DNA of 63,017 nucleotides, filler included, from Folioceros fuciformis (taxonomy: Eukaryota): the NCBI GenBank assembly GCA_049999805.1. It is 20 parts of 20 records of this genome, joined end to end, with 100 filler letters (N's around TTAATTAATTAA, not from the genome) between each part and the next. Parts side by side here need not be neighbours in the genome. Positions count along the whole stretch, not along the records: positions 31,157 to 40,347 come from JBNGIO010006825.1; positions 40,448 to 43,686 come from JBNGIO010006826.1; positions 43,787 to 45,864 come from JBNGIO010006827.1; positions 45,965 to 48,750 come from JBNGIO010006828.1; 16 more parts are not named here. One strand, written 5' to 3'. Below the pieces are notes generated by a model that did not search any database, had not been told where the DNA came from, and saw only the letters and a program-made list of their open reading frames with translations. The position numbers and the translations under genes were made by a program. Shown piece after piece: positions 36,213 to 47,856 of this stretch (its first letter is position 1; every line of letters starts with the position of its first letter).

Positions 36213-38036
36213 TCATCCTGTCAGATAAGTAGGCCTACGGGGAGACGGGCGGGGAAAGGGCTTGAAATCCAGAAGAGATCCTACCCTTGATGGCGGAAGA
36301 TTTTGTTGGGGGGTCCTGCCCGTGACTGGCAACGGTGCATCGTGGGTGGGAAATTCCCATGCTGACTGTTCTGCGCTGGCTGCCTTACCTGCCAGTTTTG
36401 GCCTCTTCCTGATACGCGATCTCCATCGTCTTGCAAAAGGAGCGACGTGTCCGAGGCTGGCTACTAGACGAGCAGCCTGCTTCTCCAGCCAGTTTTGGAG
36501 CTTAACAGATTGCTGTTTGAGCCCTTCTGCGAGGATCCGCTCGCAAGCCCATCGTTGTAGATGGAGCTTGTACATGGCTAAAGCATCTGCCCTATCCCTC
36601 TTCCTCATACGTTTAGCTGCCAGCCATCTTTCCCAAGCACGGATGACCTTCTTCTCCAACGCCGTATGCCAGCTCAGTATTGCATCAGCTTCGAGGTCCC
36701 GCTGAAGGAGCCGTAATCGCCTGTGCTGCCTCCATGCTTCCAACGACAATCTCAGCAGTCTCTTGTTGAAATGTGCATCAGCTTTTGAACAGTGTTTTCC
36801 TCGTTGCGTCCGATGCTTGAAATATCTCAGCCAAGCGTGGAAGGCTGCTTTCATCCTGGATGATTGGAAGACATGGTCAGCAAGTTCTTCATTCATTCTG
36901 GCTAGCTTCAGCACGTCTCTGATCCTCATCCATCCATTCCAGACTCTGGTCTTGCGCAAGCTGCTTAATTTCTTGATAAGTTTAACAGCACGAGCCTTCC
37001 TCTTGGACTTCCCTGACGCATACTCTGCCCATGCTTGAAAAGAAGTCTGAACCAGCCAATTTGCCCTCTTCTGTATTGCTCGCTTTTCAGCATTGCGCGT
37101 TGCCCGACGCAGAGCACGACCAGTTCGAAGCCAAGCTTGAAGGCTCTTTCGCATTTTCTGATATTTCCAGTGATCTTCCGCTAACTTTCTGTGATCGAGC
37201 TTTTCTTTTCTGCCAGTCTTCCTCGCTCTCCGCAGTTCTTCAAACACCTTGCGCAGGCTGTGCTTGTTGAAGTGACGGTCAGCAAGCATGACCTGATCTT
37301 TCGCCCTCTTACAGGCTGACCAGAATTGTGTCCACTTTCGGAAAACATCTGCCAACAATCCGTCCTCGTCGTCCACTTCATCTGTGTCTTGGGAGTCACT
37401 TTCTTGACTGTGCGATCCCCTCCTCCTCAAAAATCTGGTCCATGAGTTCCAGGCGCCTTTCAGCTTGTTTCGGCAGAGCATCCTGACAACATCAACTTCT
37501 ACCGCCTCTCTCTCACGCCGTGATTTCAAATATGCTACCCATTTTTTGAAGCTCCGGCTCTTCTTAGACTGCAGACGCAAGTCCTGGGCTTTCTTGGCAA
37601 TCAGCTTGTCTTTCCCATACGCACGCCAGGCTTGAACGCATTCTTTCATCAGCTGATCCTTGTCCAGCTGCTTTAATCTGGTAACTAGCAATCTGTGCCG
37701 CGCTGCATACATCCATTGGTCTACAACAATTCTGGCTAGCCGCTTTCTGTGCCTCCGCAAAGCTCTTCTTGCATCCTCAGCCGATGTACGAGCACTCGAT
37801 GCCAAATGTTTGCTCTTGCGAGAGTCAGCTTCCTGCCGGCCTACTTTGGTCGGAGATGTGATGATAACAGAGGACTCAACCGTGAATCCCCCGGCGGCAC
37901 TGCTGACAGTTCCGGCCAAATGTGGCGCACTTGCTTCTCCCTCCGCTTCCCAATTTTTTGCTGCAAGTGCATACGAGATGGTGGGCAAGCTCGTGCGTAA
38001 GGAGCAACTCAGCGTCACCGTTGCCGGAGATTCCAT
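36213..38036 (-). CDS. SFI1-like centrin-binding repeat protein
   Basis: 607-aa basic helical ORF with recurrent A-x2-H/F...L-x3-F/L-x2-W repeats (ADAHFNKRLLRLSLEAWR, ADHVFQSSRMKAAFHAWL, AEDHWKYQKMRKSLQAWL). Further 5' exons are possible. Confidence 0.7.
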   Translation of the reverse strand: MESPATVTLSCSLRTSLPTISYALAAKNWEAEGEASAPHLAGTVSSAAGGFTVESSVIITSPTKVGRQEADSRKSKHLASSARTSAEDARRALRRHRKRLARIVVDQWMYAARHRLLVTRLKQLDKDQLMKECVQAWRAYGKDKLIAKKAQDLRLQSKKSRSFKKWVAYLKSRREREAVEVDVVRMLCRNKLKGAWNSWTRFLRRRGSHSQESDSQDTDEVDDEDGLLADVFRKWTQFWSACKRAKDQVMLADRHFNKHSLRKVFEELRRARKTGRKEKLDHRKLAEDHWKYQKMRKSLQAWLRTGRALRRATRNAEKRAIQKRANWLVQTSFQAWAEYASGKSKRKARAVKLIKKLSSLRKTRVWNGWMRIRDVLKLARMNEELADHVFQSSRMKAAFHAWLRYFKHRTQRGKHCSKADAHFNKRLLRLSLEAWRQHRRLRLLQRDLEADAILSWHTALEKKVIRAWERWLAAKRMRKRDRADALAMYKLHLQRWACERILAEGLKQQSVKLQNWLEKQAARLVASLGHVAPFARRWRSRIRKRPKLAGKAASAEQSAWEFPTHDAPLPVTGRTPQQNLPPSRVGSLLDFKPFPRPSPRRPTYLTG

Positions 38037-38491
38037 CGCTCTCGGAAGGAGTCCAACCTTTCAGTGCACGAGCTTAGAGTGCCTTCAGACAGTAGTTTCC
38101 AAATAACATTTACCCTTCGTGTACATGTCGAAGTTGTCCCTTAGTTTGCCCTATGCTGCGAAACTGCCGTCTGGCTTCCAAACCAATTAACAGATTTGGT
38201 ACATTTCACAGGTAACAAGTTAACAATGACCTCGTCCCAGGGTCCCAACCAAAAAAGATACGTCAATATAGGCGACGAACTCACGTTGACCTGGACTGGA
38301 CCTGACATGGTTGTCCTGCACTGCACAAATCCTCACCACCCCACCATTAGGAATGCCTTCAGATTGTCCTGACGTGCGACAATGCTCGCAATCATGCCAT
38401 CTAGGCTGCCCACGCCATCCCACCTGGGCTGCCCACGGAGCAGGCCACAAGAAACTCAAAGTGTTTGAAGCCCACGAACTTCCATGGGCTC

Positions 38492-40100
38492 CTAAGCGAA
38501 AGTTCCGATCTGGACACCAGCTTTAGTGATTATCTTGGTCGTCTCCAGAATGACTTCTTGTTTGACAGACAGAAACTCGTTTTTTTTCTGCAATTATTTC
38601 CGAGTCAGATAGGACCTCGAGACTTCCTCGCGAGTTGAGAAATGAAAGCAAAGCAGCATGCGGATAGTCAAGCATGATTTGGGATATTTACCATGGGCTT
38701 CACATTGCAGGTCACTGTGAGTTCGAAAACAGATCCCAGAACCGTAGATATATAGCACCGCGGCTCTTCTTCATCTAGATAAACTTTCGGGTGATTCCGC
38801 AAGAAGGTTTTGATCTCCTCCGTCAACATTGGAATCTTGTCAAAGTCTTGCAATACCACAGGGAATTTTGCTGAAAGCCCCCGCCACTGAACACGGGAGC
38901 TGTTCACGATAACCTGAATCCTTGAAGAAGTTAGACGTACTGAACCAAAATAACGGACAGACTATTATAGGTTTCCAGAACATAACTCACCTGACTGGAG
39001 AAAAATGAGTTCGGAACAATCATGAGAGACTTGTCAGCCGTTAGCAGCTGAGTTGAATGCATACCCATCTCTAGAACTTTGCCCTCAACCGAGCCAGCCT
39101 GCAGATGAAAGAATTGTCTGTCAAAACCTCATGATCAACTCCACATCCCACGATACATCTCATGTGATTAGCCGAATAAACTGAGTAATAACAGTCGCGG
39201 AAGTTTTTTATACCAAAACACACCTTGATGGTATCACCCACTGAAAATGGTTTTCCAAATTGTAACGCAGACCCACTGAGCATATTGCCTAACAGGTCCT
39301 TGGCTGCAAAAGCTGTCGCCACACCTGTAGTTGATCAAGCAAACCAACCGAGTCAGCATTGTTCTGTTTACCTCTAGACCTTGGTAGCCATAGTTTTTTC
39401 GAGGAAATCAACCGCTATCTCAATTTGTGCAACAAGAGATGAGTTATTCTACCTCCAATTCCCCCAACAGTTAAAATGGATTGCACCGCTACACCAAAAG
39501 CTTCTGCCAGTGCCATTCCGGCCAACAGAAAAAGAGCCACACTTGAGAGGCTATCCAAAGTTTCGTATCGCTCCTTCTCTACCTTTGAGAGGAATTCATT
39601 AGCAAGGTACCGCTTCAGAACATTGCGTTTCCAGCTATGCAGGAACCAAACTGCTGTTACCACGAACCCTCCCCTCCATATTTGAGCCAGATGCTCAGCG
39701 GCAATTGACGTCGGAGCCACCACTGCAGCCCTACATAAGACAATTCCAGAGATGCACTGTTACCAAAAGTCCAAGCGAGGTGAAGAGCAACGATAGCTTC
39801 AGATAGGAAAGCGCTACACCACAACATGCAGAGCAGGCACTACACTTACAGAGAAGAAAGGGTAACAATGGTCAAATACATCCGGGCTGGGCTCTCAAGA
39901 GCCCCAAAAACGCTGAGAACATAAGGAACCTGACTAGCTGAGCGTCCAAGCAGCCTAGCAGGTGCTTGTTTGTTCTTTTCAGCGTAAGTGTGAATGCCAC
40001 GGAGCACCGAGGGCAAAAATACCCATGCAGAGAAGAACAAAGCAATTGACCCTCCTGCACAGACGCTTCACACAGTCAAGGACATGAGTTTACATCCATC
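38492..40100 (-). CDS. MSL1: MscS-like mechanosensitive channel, MSL1 (mitochondrial) type, 5'-incomplete
   Basis: FGVAVQSILTVGGIGG|VATAFAAKDLLGNMLSG..KPFSVGDTIK|...IVPNSFFSSQ|VIVNSSR. Multi-exon; the 5' boundary is approximate. Confidence 0.9.
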
Positions 40101-40999
40101 TGGATCTGCCCGGAGGCTTGACAAACCTGCACCACATCGACAGACCCCTATCTAATAGACGTGTCCACCGTGGATGTAAAATGCCGAAACAGCACTAATT
40201 TCAATCCTCCTGACTGTTTACCTTTCATAAACAGTTAAGATCCGACATAGAAAACATTTCTACACGGATTCGCAACGCGCTCAAATCAAGAACTGCATAA
40301 CCAGCACCCTGAGCGAGATTTAGTACATCCTACCCCACGCCCCTCCCNNNNNNNNNNNNNNNNNNNNNNNNNNNNNNNNNNNNNNNNNNNNTTAATTAAT
40401 TAANNNNNNNNNNNNNNNNNNNNNNNNNNNNNNNNNNNNNNNNNNNNGGACAGGAGACGACGCCACGCAGCTCCAGCCAAAGCCAGGAGAAAGGAGATTC
40501 ACAGCCATCGCCACTTGAAGGCTCCAAGAAGATGCTAGGAGATGGAGCTAGACCGCCGCCACCAGCCATGACCAGGAAATAGAGCCCTGCAGCCGCCGCC
40601 GGAACCAAGCTTAGGTCATCAAACCTAGGGGTACCCCCACAACCAGTCCCGTCCCGTGAAGACGAATGGAACGGAACGGATGGTAACGCGTTCGAGGCCT
40701 TTACCTTTACTTTACGATCTGTAAATTGCTTTTCGATCTGTTTAACCCTTGAACAGCTAGTTAAACCTTTACTAACCTAGATTAGAAATGGTTATTCTTC
40801 ACTTCTACTAGGGTAGTTGGACCCTGTCCTCAACAGACTTCCTAGTCTATTGCTAAGGACTTCTTGGCAAGACCCAAGCCAGCCCTTCTTGTATCCTGAA
40901 CTCTAAGAAGAAAGTAGCCAATTGCTGAAGGCTCATTCACGACAGGAAGCCTCTGCCCTGGAAATCGATCTGGGCTCAGCACAGATTCATGCTGTGACA

Positions 41000-43632
41000 C
41001 CGTGGTCCCGCGCCCAGAGTCCTCCTTACAACCCCCTACCGACCATCACCTTTCCACCCTCTCCCAAGCCATGGTTCCTAACCGGCTGTCAGACTTGACC
41101 AAGAATGACTTGAAGTCCATGAGCTCGCCCTCGAAGCTGGTCCACTCTTATGGTAAGAGCGGGGGGAACAAAAAGCTAAAGAGAAGAGCAAGCAAAGCCC
41201 CGTCCTCAACAACAACTCCCCGCACAATCCCCAACTTGCAGCTGTGCCATACTCCATAGCGACGGGCGACTCCCACCTAAAGGGCGGTCAGATGCAGGAA
41301 CGCTCTCGGCACCCCAAGGAGAATAGGGCAGACTTTGTATCCCTTTCTAGGGTCCTAGGTTCTGGCACGTGTGAGGCGGTGCCCCCCCTGGCTACGTTTA
41401 ATAGTCAGTTCGTCGAGATGTCGGATGCCGTTTCATCGACTGATGACGGGCTTCCATTCCTAAACATCCTCCCTCTGTCCTCTAAACCACGATTCCGTAC
41501 CATGATCAAGGTATTCAGGGCATAAGGCGAGCAAGCTGAAGCTTTGTGGCAGCTGGAAGATGGTGTAACCCGATTCCTAGAGGTGGCCACAGACTCGAGG
41601 AAAATAGCGATGGACGTTGTGACTACAATCCTAGGGGAGGGTGGTGCTCTCGGGGTGAATGACTTGCTCCTCTTCCTGCCAGAGACCAAAGTCATCTCTT
41701 AGGCCCGTTCTACACCACAAATCATTGCGTGGATTACACCGCAACGGGCCCAAGGGAGTCCCGCTACGACAAGATTGGGTGTGGTTGGCATCGGAGGCTT
41801 TTGGCATCGAAAGGCCCAAACTCCCCACCCCCATGGCAAAACCACAATCCAACACTCAGGTTGAGGGCACACCTGACAAATGCTTGTCACCCATGACGGC
41901 TAGGGCCGACAAACACCAGTTGGTCTAATACCGTTCACACCACCAAAACATGTCACATGCCAACAGCTGCAAGTAATCTCTTGGAATGTGAGAGGATTGT
42001 CTCGCTGGTCCAAGAGACAATCCAAGTCCAGAGCCCTATCTGCGTATGCCCAATCGTCGATCGAATGGGATATTTTTGTCTAGAAGCACAAGCTGGATGC
42101 AAGAAAGGTGTAAGATCCTGCACTAAAACGGTTGTACATCCAGGGGCAAACCTTCTGGGCCCCTACCCAAGGATCCAAAGGAGGGTTGGCACGGACCCGG
42201 ATTTTTGCTTCCAATGGGTGTTGCTATACCTCCCTTGCGAGGTGGTGGGGGTGTGCAACATTTATGCCCCTACAATAGCTTGTCTTTAGGCTGCGACATG
42301 GAGAAGGATGAAGGACTGCCTTGATCCTGCTATTAACTGCTGGTGGCAGGGGACTTCAATTTTGTGGAGAGTCCTAAGGATCGCAGGGGTGGCAACTCAA
42401 AAGGTCAACTCCACACATGGGTCCTTTGGACTTCGGGGATAGTGCTCGACACATGAGTTGCATATCTCAACCAATTGCTGAAGATGGCATGCCAAGCTCC
42501 ACCGTCCAGGTGGCCCCGCCAACTTGCTTCTCAACATATCCACCACGCACCTATACAAGCTGCTAGTGGAACAAACGCGTCCCAGAGGTCGAAACCCCAT
42601 AGTCTCCAGGTTTCACCTGCCAAGACAAAAGCAATATAGGACAATCCGCCTTCTGTGGAACAACAAGGGAATTCCAGAACGAATGCGCTTCACTCTATGG
42701 AAGATGTCCAAGCGGCCCTTCCAAACGTGGATCGTTGGAAGCCATTGGATACCCTCACTGCACCTTGTGTCTGCAAGGTCAGGAGCATAAAAGCGAACAC
42801 ATGTTCTTCAGATGTAAGTCAGCCAACTTAGTGTGGAAGCGACTAGAGGCGTGAGTATGAAGAGTTCTTCACTGACTACAAATCAGGATCCTAGAACATA
42901 CAGCACTGTTCAATTTGAACACATCCTCAGGCCGCCCCCTCTGTGCTTTTCAATGGTGGCCAATCCTCTGGGCGTGCACCATTCATCACCTATGGGTGCA
43001 CTGGTCTTCTGTAACCTTCAGAGGACGGGAACCAAAACACACCAACGCTATCCTCTACAACGTCTGGGAAACCATGATCCACAACGCCTTAGCCCTCCAG
43101 CTCTCCAATAAAAGGGCCTTCAAACCTGCTGCATGGAGAAAGGGAGGTTTTCTCTCCAACGACCAGGCTCATTCTTGGTCCTACAACTGCAAGTTCTCAA
43201 TCCCCCTGTCCTGTGGAAAGGGGGTGGTGTCGCTATGGTGGACAAGTACAATGCACGGGCGAGCATGGTGACCAAAGGGCAGTTAAGGGAGAGGGACGAC
43301 AAGAGCGGGGTGGACCTCGTTTCCTTGGAGTGTAGGCGAGCTGTGGGTAAGGACAGCCCTCCTGCAGGGGTAGCGCTGCAACACTGTGCGTAGGGTATAG
43401 GTCGAGGTGAAGTCATAGCATTCTCTGATTCTCAGGTTTTGTGCCAGCCCGGTCGGGTCTGGAAGCCCGGAGCTTCTGGAGTTGCTCCCGGGCATGCATG
43501 CACCCTCCTTGGTCATCAGGTGGAGTCCACGTCACGGTCTTTCCCCTCATCGGGTCCTGGTAAGAACCTTGGGGGCCCTTTGTACTTATCATTTTATTTT
43601 GAAAGGGATTTAGTATTTTGCGAAAAAAAAAA
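41000..43632 (+). mobile_element. Decayed L1-like LINE (APE endonuclease and zf-RVT remnants, A-rich tail)
   Basis: LVQET (~42005), GVCNIYAP (~42250), LVAGDFNFVESPKDR (~42340), CTLC...HMFFRC..A..VW (~42760-42835), A-run at ~43623. Many stops and frameshifts; boundaries are approximate. Confidence 0.75.
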
Positions 43633-44167
43633 CCTCAATCCAACTTGTGTAAGAGTGTTTATGGAATGCTTTTGTCGAAGGGCAACNNNNNNNNNNNNNN
43701 NNNNNNNNNNNNNNNNNNNNNNNNNNNNNNTTAATTAATTAANNNNNNNNNNNNNNNNNNNNNNNNNNNNNNNNNNNNNNNNNNNNACCCTGTACGTGGA
43801 AGAGAAAAACAAGCTAGAACAAGAAGTAAGACTATTCTTTTCGAGCTGGAAACGGTTCAGTTTAAACATTCGGTAGCATTCACTAACACCAACAACTTGT
43901 TTGTCTTTGTGAAGGGTTTGTCGGGAACCGTTCACGGTACGCCAATTTCTGCACCTGGAACATTTTAGATATCATTGTGTGGATGAATTGACCTGAGTGC
44001 GGCGAGCTCGTCTCAGTACACCGACCCGTGTGTGCAGAGAGTGCCGTTGGAGCAGATGATAGCTTTGTGCCCTCCTCGAGTGAGCAGGTGCGTACCTTCG
44101 CACACTTGGCTATTGGAAGCGGTGAAAGCTGAGGAAGAACCTAGGCTGCGGTACACACAACTTATGG

Positions 44168-45691
44168 ATGCAGAGGTTTTCTCAGAGAAGGCATCCGGTG
44201 CTGAACGTTCAAGAAGGATACGTCGCCGGAGAGGCATCCGCCAATCCCGTCCAGGAATGCGCGTCGCCGGATACGTTGCGTGCAAGGCAGCATGATGTGA
44301 TTGCAAGAAGGCCGGGTGATTTGAGAGAGAAATTGAAGGCCTTGTTAGTGCATCCTGAAGTGCCAGGGCACGGAGGAACAGAAGGCTTGACAGCGCAAGT
44401 GGAGAGATACATGCGAGAACAAAGTGATAGTTTCTTCCAAAAGCTTAGGACAGAAGTGATGGAGAAGGTGGACATGGGATTGCACAAGTACAAGGGCAAG
44501 GGCAAGGGCAAGGGCAAGGGCAAGGAAGTCCTTCTAGATTCTGAGCATTCTTTAAACGACAGAGAAGGGGGACAAGAATCACGGGAAGACGCCATCAGAG
44601 CCATTGAATCACGCTTGAATGAACACGTAGAACGAAGGCTCGAGGAGCTGAGGCAGGATATCGTTACCAGGTTGGATCCGCGTGTTTCCGACCAAGAGGT
44701 CGTACATGGTCGGTCGATGATGGTCATCAACCTCAACTTAGAGCCGAAGGGCACACAGGAACGAGGATCAAAAGAGAAGCTAAACATCACCGTGGAAAAA
44801 ATGTGCATGGAGAACGCACCTTTCTCATTCGGAGTTGACATAGATAGGACATCCGAGGGCCCGAAGGAGGAAATATCTTACGTCGTGAAAATTGCTCAGC
44901 CAACCAGTGCTCCACATCCGCCTGAGAGCACCGATCATATGCTTGGCAGCAAAAAAAAAACAACCTTCACTAAGGAAAGCCGGGCAGCCGGCACTTGGAT
45001 CGGAACACACAGCCGAAGGGCAGCATCAAGCAGACATTTAAAGAATCAAGGGCAAGATCCCTTCCACATACAGTGTCCCCAAAGATCCACGCAGCTCAGT
45101 GGCTCAAAGCCAAAGTATACCAGGGCTCAGAAGCCAGCTCAAGGAGCAACATCGAAACCCGTTTACACAGTAAGCATCACGGGCCAGAAGAGGGACAGAG
45201 ATGCTCGCAATCGGTTAGTTAGGGCAAAGACTCTTTTCCTAGCAGTCAGGGCGAAAGGGAGAGGGAAAGAAGCATGCTATTCCCTAAATCCTACACAGGC
45301 ACCGCAGGATAGTCAGGCAAGAAACACAGGTGACATCGTGAAATATGAACTGGAAAAAGAAAATCGCTCTCCAAACCAAGGAGAAGGGAGCAGAATTGAC
45401 AAGAAAGGTGCGAGATCTACAGCCATTGCTGTTCCCAGAGCTCCCAGCACTTTGGAACATGCTGAGGACAACACGATCAGTACCACCGCCAGTTCAGGGA
45501 ACACCGATCTCTCTAGATTAAACACGGTTGAGTCTCTGACAAGACAGTCAATGAGTGTCCTTTCAAATCCCGTTTGGGTGGACAAAGCAAGTTGGAATCT
45601 GTTGGTGAATCCTATGGCATACCACGGAGGACAGAGGGGAGGTGTCAGAATTCTTTCTCAAGACACCAATCATGGCCGCTGTGGCGCATAA
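44168..45691 (+). CDS. Hypothetical protein (507 aa, orphan)
   Basis: Long intronless ORF with two short coiled-coil segments, a (KG)n microsatellite and a disordered basic tail. No domain recognised. Confidence 0.55.
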   Translation: MQRFSQRRHPVLNVQEGYVAGEASANPVQECASPDTLRARQHDVIARRPGDLREKLKALLVHPEVPGHGGTEGLTAQVERYMREQSDSFFQKLRTEVMEKVDMGLHKYKGKGKGKGKGKEVLLDSEHSLNDREGGQESREDAIRAIESRLNEHVERRLEELRQDIVTRLDPRVSDQEVVHGRSMMVINLNLEPKGTQERGSKEKLNITVEKMCMENAPFSFGVDIDRTSEGPKEEISYVVKIAQPTSAPHPPESTDHMLGSKKKTTFTKESRAAGTWIGTHSRRAASSRHLKNQGQDPFHIQCPQRSTQLSGSKPKYTRAQKPAQGATSKPVYTVSITGQKRDRDARNRLVRAKTLFLAVRAKGRGKEACYSLNPTQAPQDSQARNTGDIVKYELEKENRSPNQGEGSRIDKKGARSTAIAVPRAPSTLEHAEDNTISTTASSGNTDLSRLNTVESLTRQSMSVLSNPVWVDKASWNLLVNPMAYHGGQRGGVRILSQDTNHGRCGA

Positions 45692-45964
45692 GATGAATAG
45701 ATTGTTGTTCAAAGCAAAATCCCACAACGGACATCCTCCATCGTCCAAGGAAAAAAAAAAAAGGCTATGAAACCTTAACGCCTCCCTTTCACCCGACTGT
45801 TCCTTTCACATCATTCACGACGTGGCGGGGGAGGGATGAGGATAAGGGATTTGTTGAAGGGCCANNNNNNNNNNNNNNNNNNNNNNNNNNNNNNNNNNNN
45901 NNNNNNNNTTAATTAATTAANNNNNNNNNNNNNNNNNNNNNNNNNNNNNNNNNNNNNNNNNNNN

Positions 45965-46033
45965 GCTCCTCCAACTTCCTCTACAAAGGGTCGATGCCTT
46001 TTTTTTTTTGGTCTTCGGTCCTGAAGCTCCCAT
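45965..46033 (-). pseudogene. Disrupted tandem paralog of the 46541-46960 gene
   Basis: ATGGGAGCTTCAGGACCGAAG parallels ATGGGGGCTACAGGATCGAAG. It has an A11 run and a TAG in the homologous frame (GIDPL*RKLEE). Confidence 0.6.
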
Positions 46034-46540
46034 TGTTGCTCCCTGTTCGGGATGGCCTCGGCAAGCCTTCTCGCACAAGACGCTCCGCCCCACGGCTGTA
46101 GGCCAGGCGAGAAACGTGGAACTTCATTTTTTCGAGACCACAAGCTTTCCCGGCAGATTTTTCCTTGGTGTGGATCACGCCAAGGTCTCTTGTGTGATAG
46201 TGATTACGACTGTCACATCAAACGTTATTTAGGGTATGAACGGACAGACCTTCCCGGGGGCTTCGTCCATGCCCTCAGGGAACAGACGCATCTGGAATGC
46301 AGATACACCTAGGTGGTTGGGAAAAGGTGACTTGCTTTGAGTTGTTGGGAGAGAAGTTTGAGAAAGGGTTACTCACGCGTACACTACCAGTATGAGTGTG
46401 GCGCCATGCGGGACTACTCATCGATCACAGTGGCCTCGAGCTTCCACTTGCTCACACAAAATGCAGATCAAGTATACAAGTATGGCTTCCTCAGTCATGG
46501 GGAATCCAAAAAGCGAGATAGAAACACACATCCTGCTAGC

Positions 46541-46960
46541 CTACGCCGCCTGCAACAGCCTTATGAGCCCGTTCTTCACGGAGCCGATAAGCTGCTTGGC
46601 GCAGTCTACCAGGAAAGGAAACAGCTGAGTGGCCAGGAAGTTGCCTAACATGCCTGTGAACCAGGCAAACCATCCCAGCTTCTGCTCTCCGTCATATCTA
46701 TCGTCTCTAACCACATCGAGCAAGCGGCCGTTGAGAGAGGAGTGGCGGTTCCGAATTCGCTCCAACTCCGTATGAGCTTGGTGCACTGACTTCATATGCG
46801 CAGCGGACAACTCGTGCTCCCCACGCCGACTTGCATCTCTGGCCAATTCGTAGTGCAGCTCGTACTCCCGCTCCGCCCGTTTAGCAGGGACCTGCAGCTC
46901 TTCCAGCTCCCTCCGCAGAGCATTGATTTCTGCTGGCTGCTTCGATCCTGTAGCCCCCAT
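46541..46960 (-). CDS. Small coiled-coil protein with N-myristoylation motif (139 aa)
   Basis: MGATGSK (MGxxxS), a helical middle and a hydrophobic/amphipathic C-terminus. About 400 bp of upstream DNA is duplicated next door. Confidence 0.6.
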   Translation of the reverse strand: MGATGSKQPAEINALRRELEELQVPAKRAEREYELHYELARDASRRGEHELSAAHMKSVHQAHTELERIRNRHSSLNGRLLDVVRDDRYDGEQKLGWFAWFTGMLGNFLATQLFPFLVDCAKQLIGSVKNGLIRLLQAA

Positions 46961-47856
46961 TGTTGCCCTCTGTTGTGGATGGCCTGGGCAAGTCTTGTCA
47001 CAAAAGAAGATGCTCCACCCTGCTGTTCTAGGGTAGGTGAGAGAACGTGGCACTTCGCTCGAGACACACGCTTTCCTGTCCCCGCAGTATTTTCCTCCAC
47101 GTTGCGGACCACGCCATGGTGTCCGTATGTACAGCATTGATCTGTGATTAGAACGTTTAAAACATCACTTAGGTCATGATCGGACGGGCCTTCCCGGCGC
47201 CCCGTCAGTGCCCCCTCAAGGAGCAAACGCAGCTGGAATGCCGATACACTGGGAGGGAGAAAGAGCACAACTCAGAGTTCTCCTAGACGAATTCGAGAAA
47301 GGGTTGCATACACCCGTGCTCAAGGACGCGGATGGTGCCATGTGGGTCTACTGATCGATCACTGCGGGTTCGAGCTTTCTATCACTATGACTGTGTGGCG
47401 GGTCTCCTGGCCATGGTCGTGCATGCCAACTGGTGGAGACTGTAGACCATGTGGTGAGGTGAGTCCATGTGAACGCAAACGCAGTCTAGCCTGCTCTCTG
47501 GGATGCTGTCGGAAGTGGAACTACGTGAAACTGAAGTGGGGCAACATGATCGATGGGATAGCGAGGCTACACGCCTAGATGAGGAAGGTGCTGCAGTTAG
47601 CTCATGCCATGATGTGTAGCGTGTAGCATTCATGCAGAGAACGGCTGTTAACATGTGGGAGGAGTTGTGACAGATCACGCTTTGTCTGGCGCATGCGAGT
47701 TGAGTAGAAGGGCTCCTAGGACAGTTTGGGTTCTAGGATCTTGCAATCCCAGGTACACTACACAGATTTCGCGGTGTGAAGTTTACAGCTAGCATTACAT
47801 GTAGTGTACAGTAGGGGAATATAATTTGTGTGGACGCATCCAGCCACACTGTCAGC

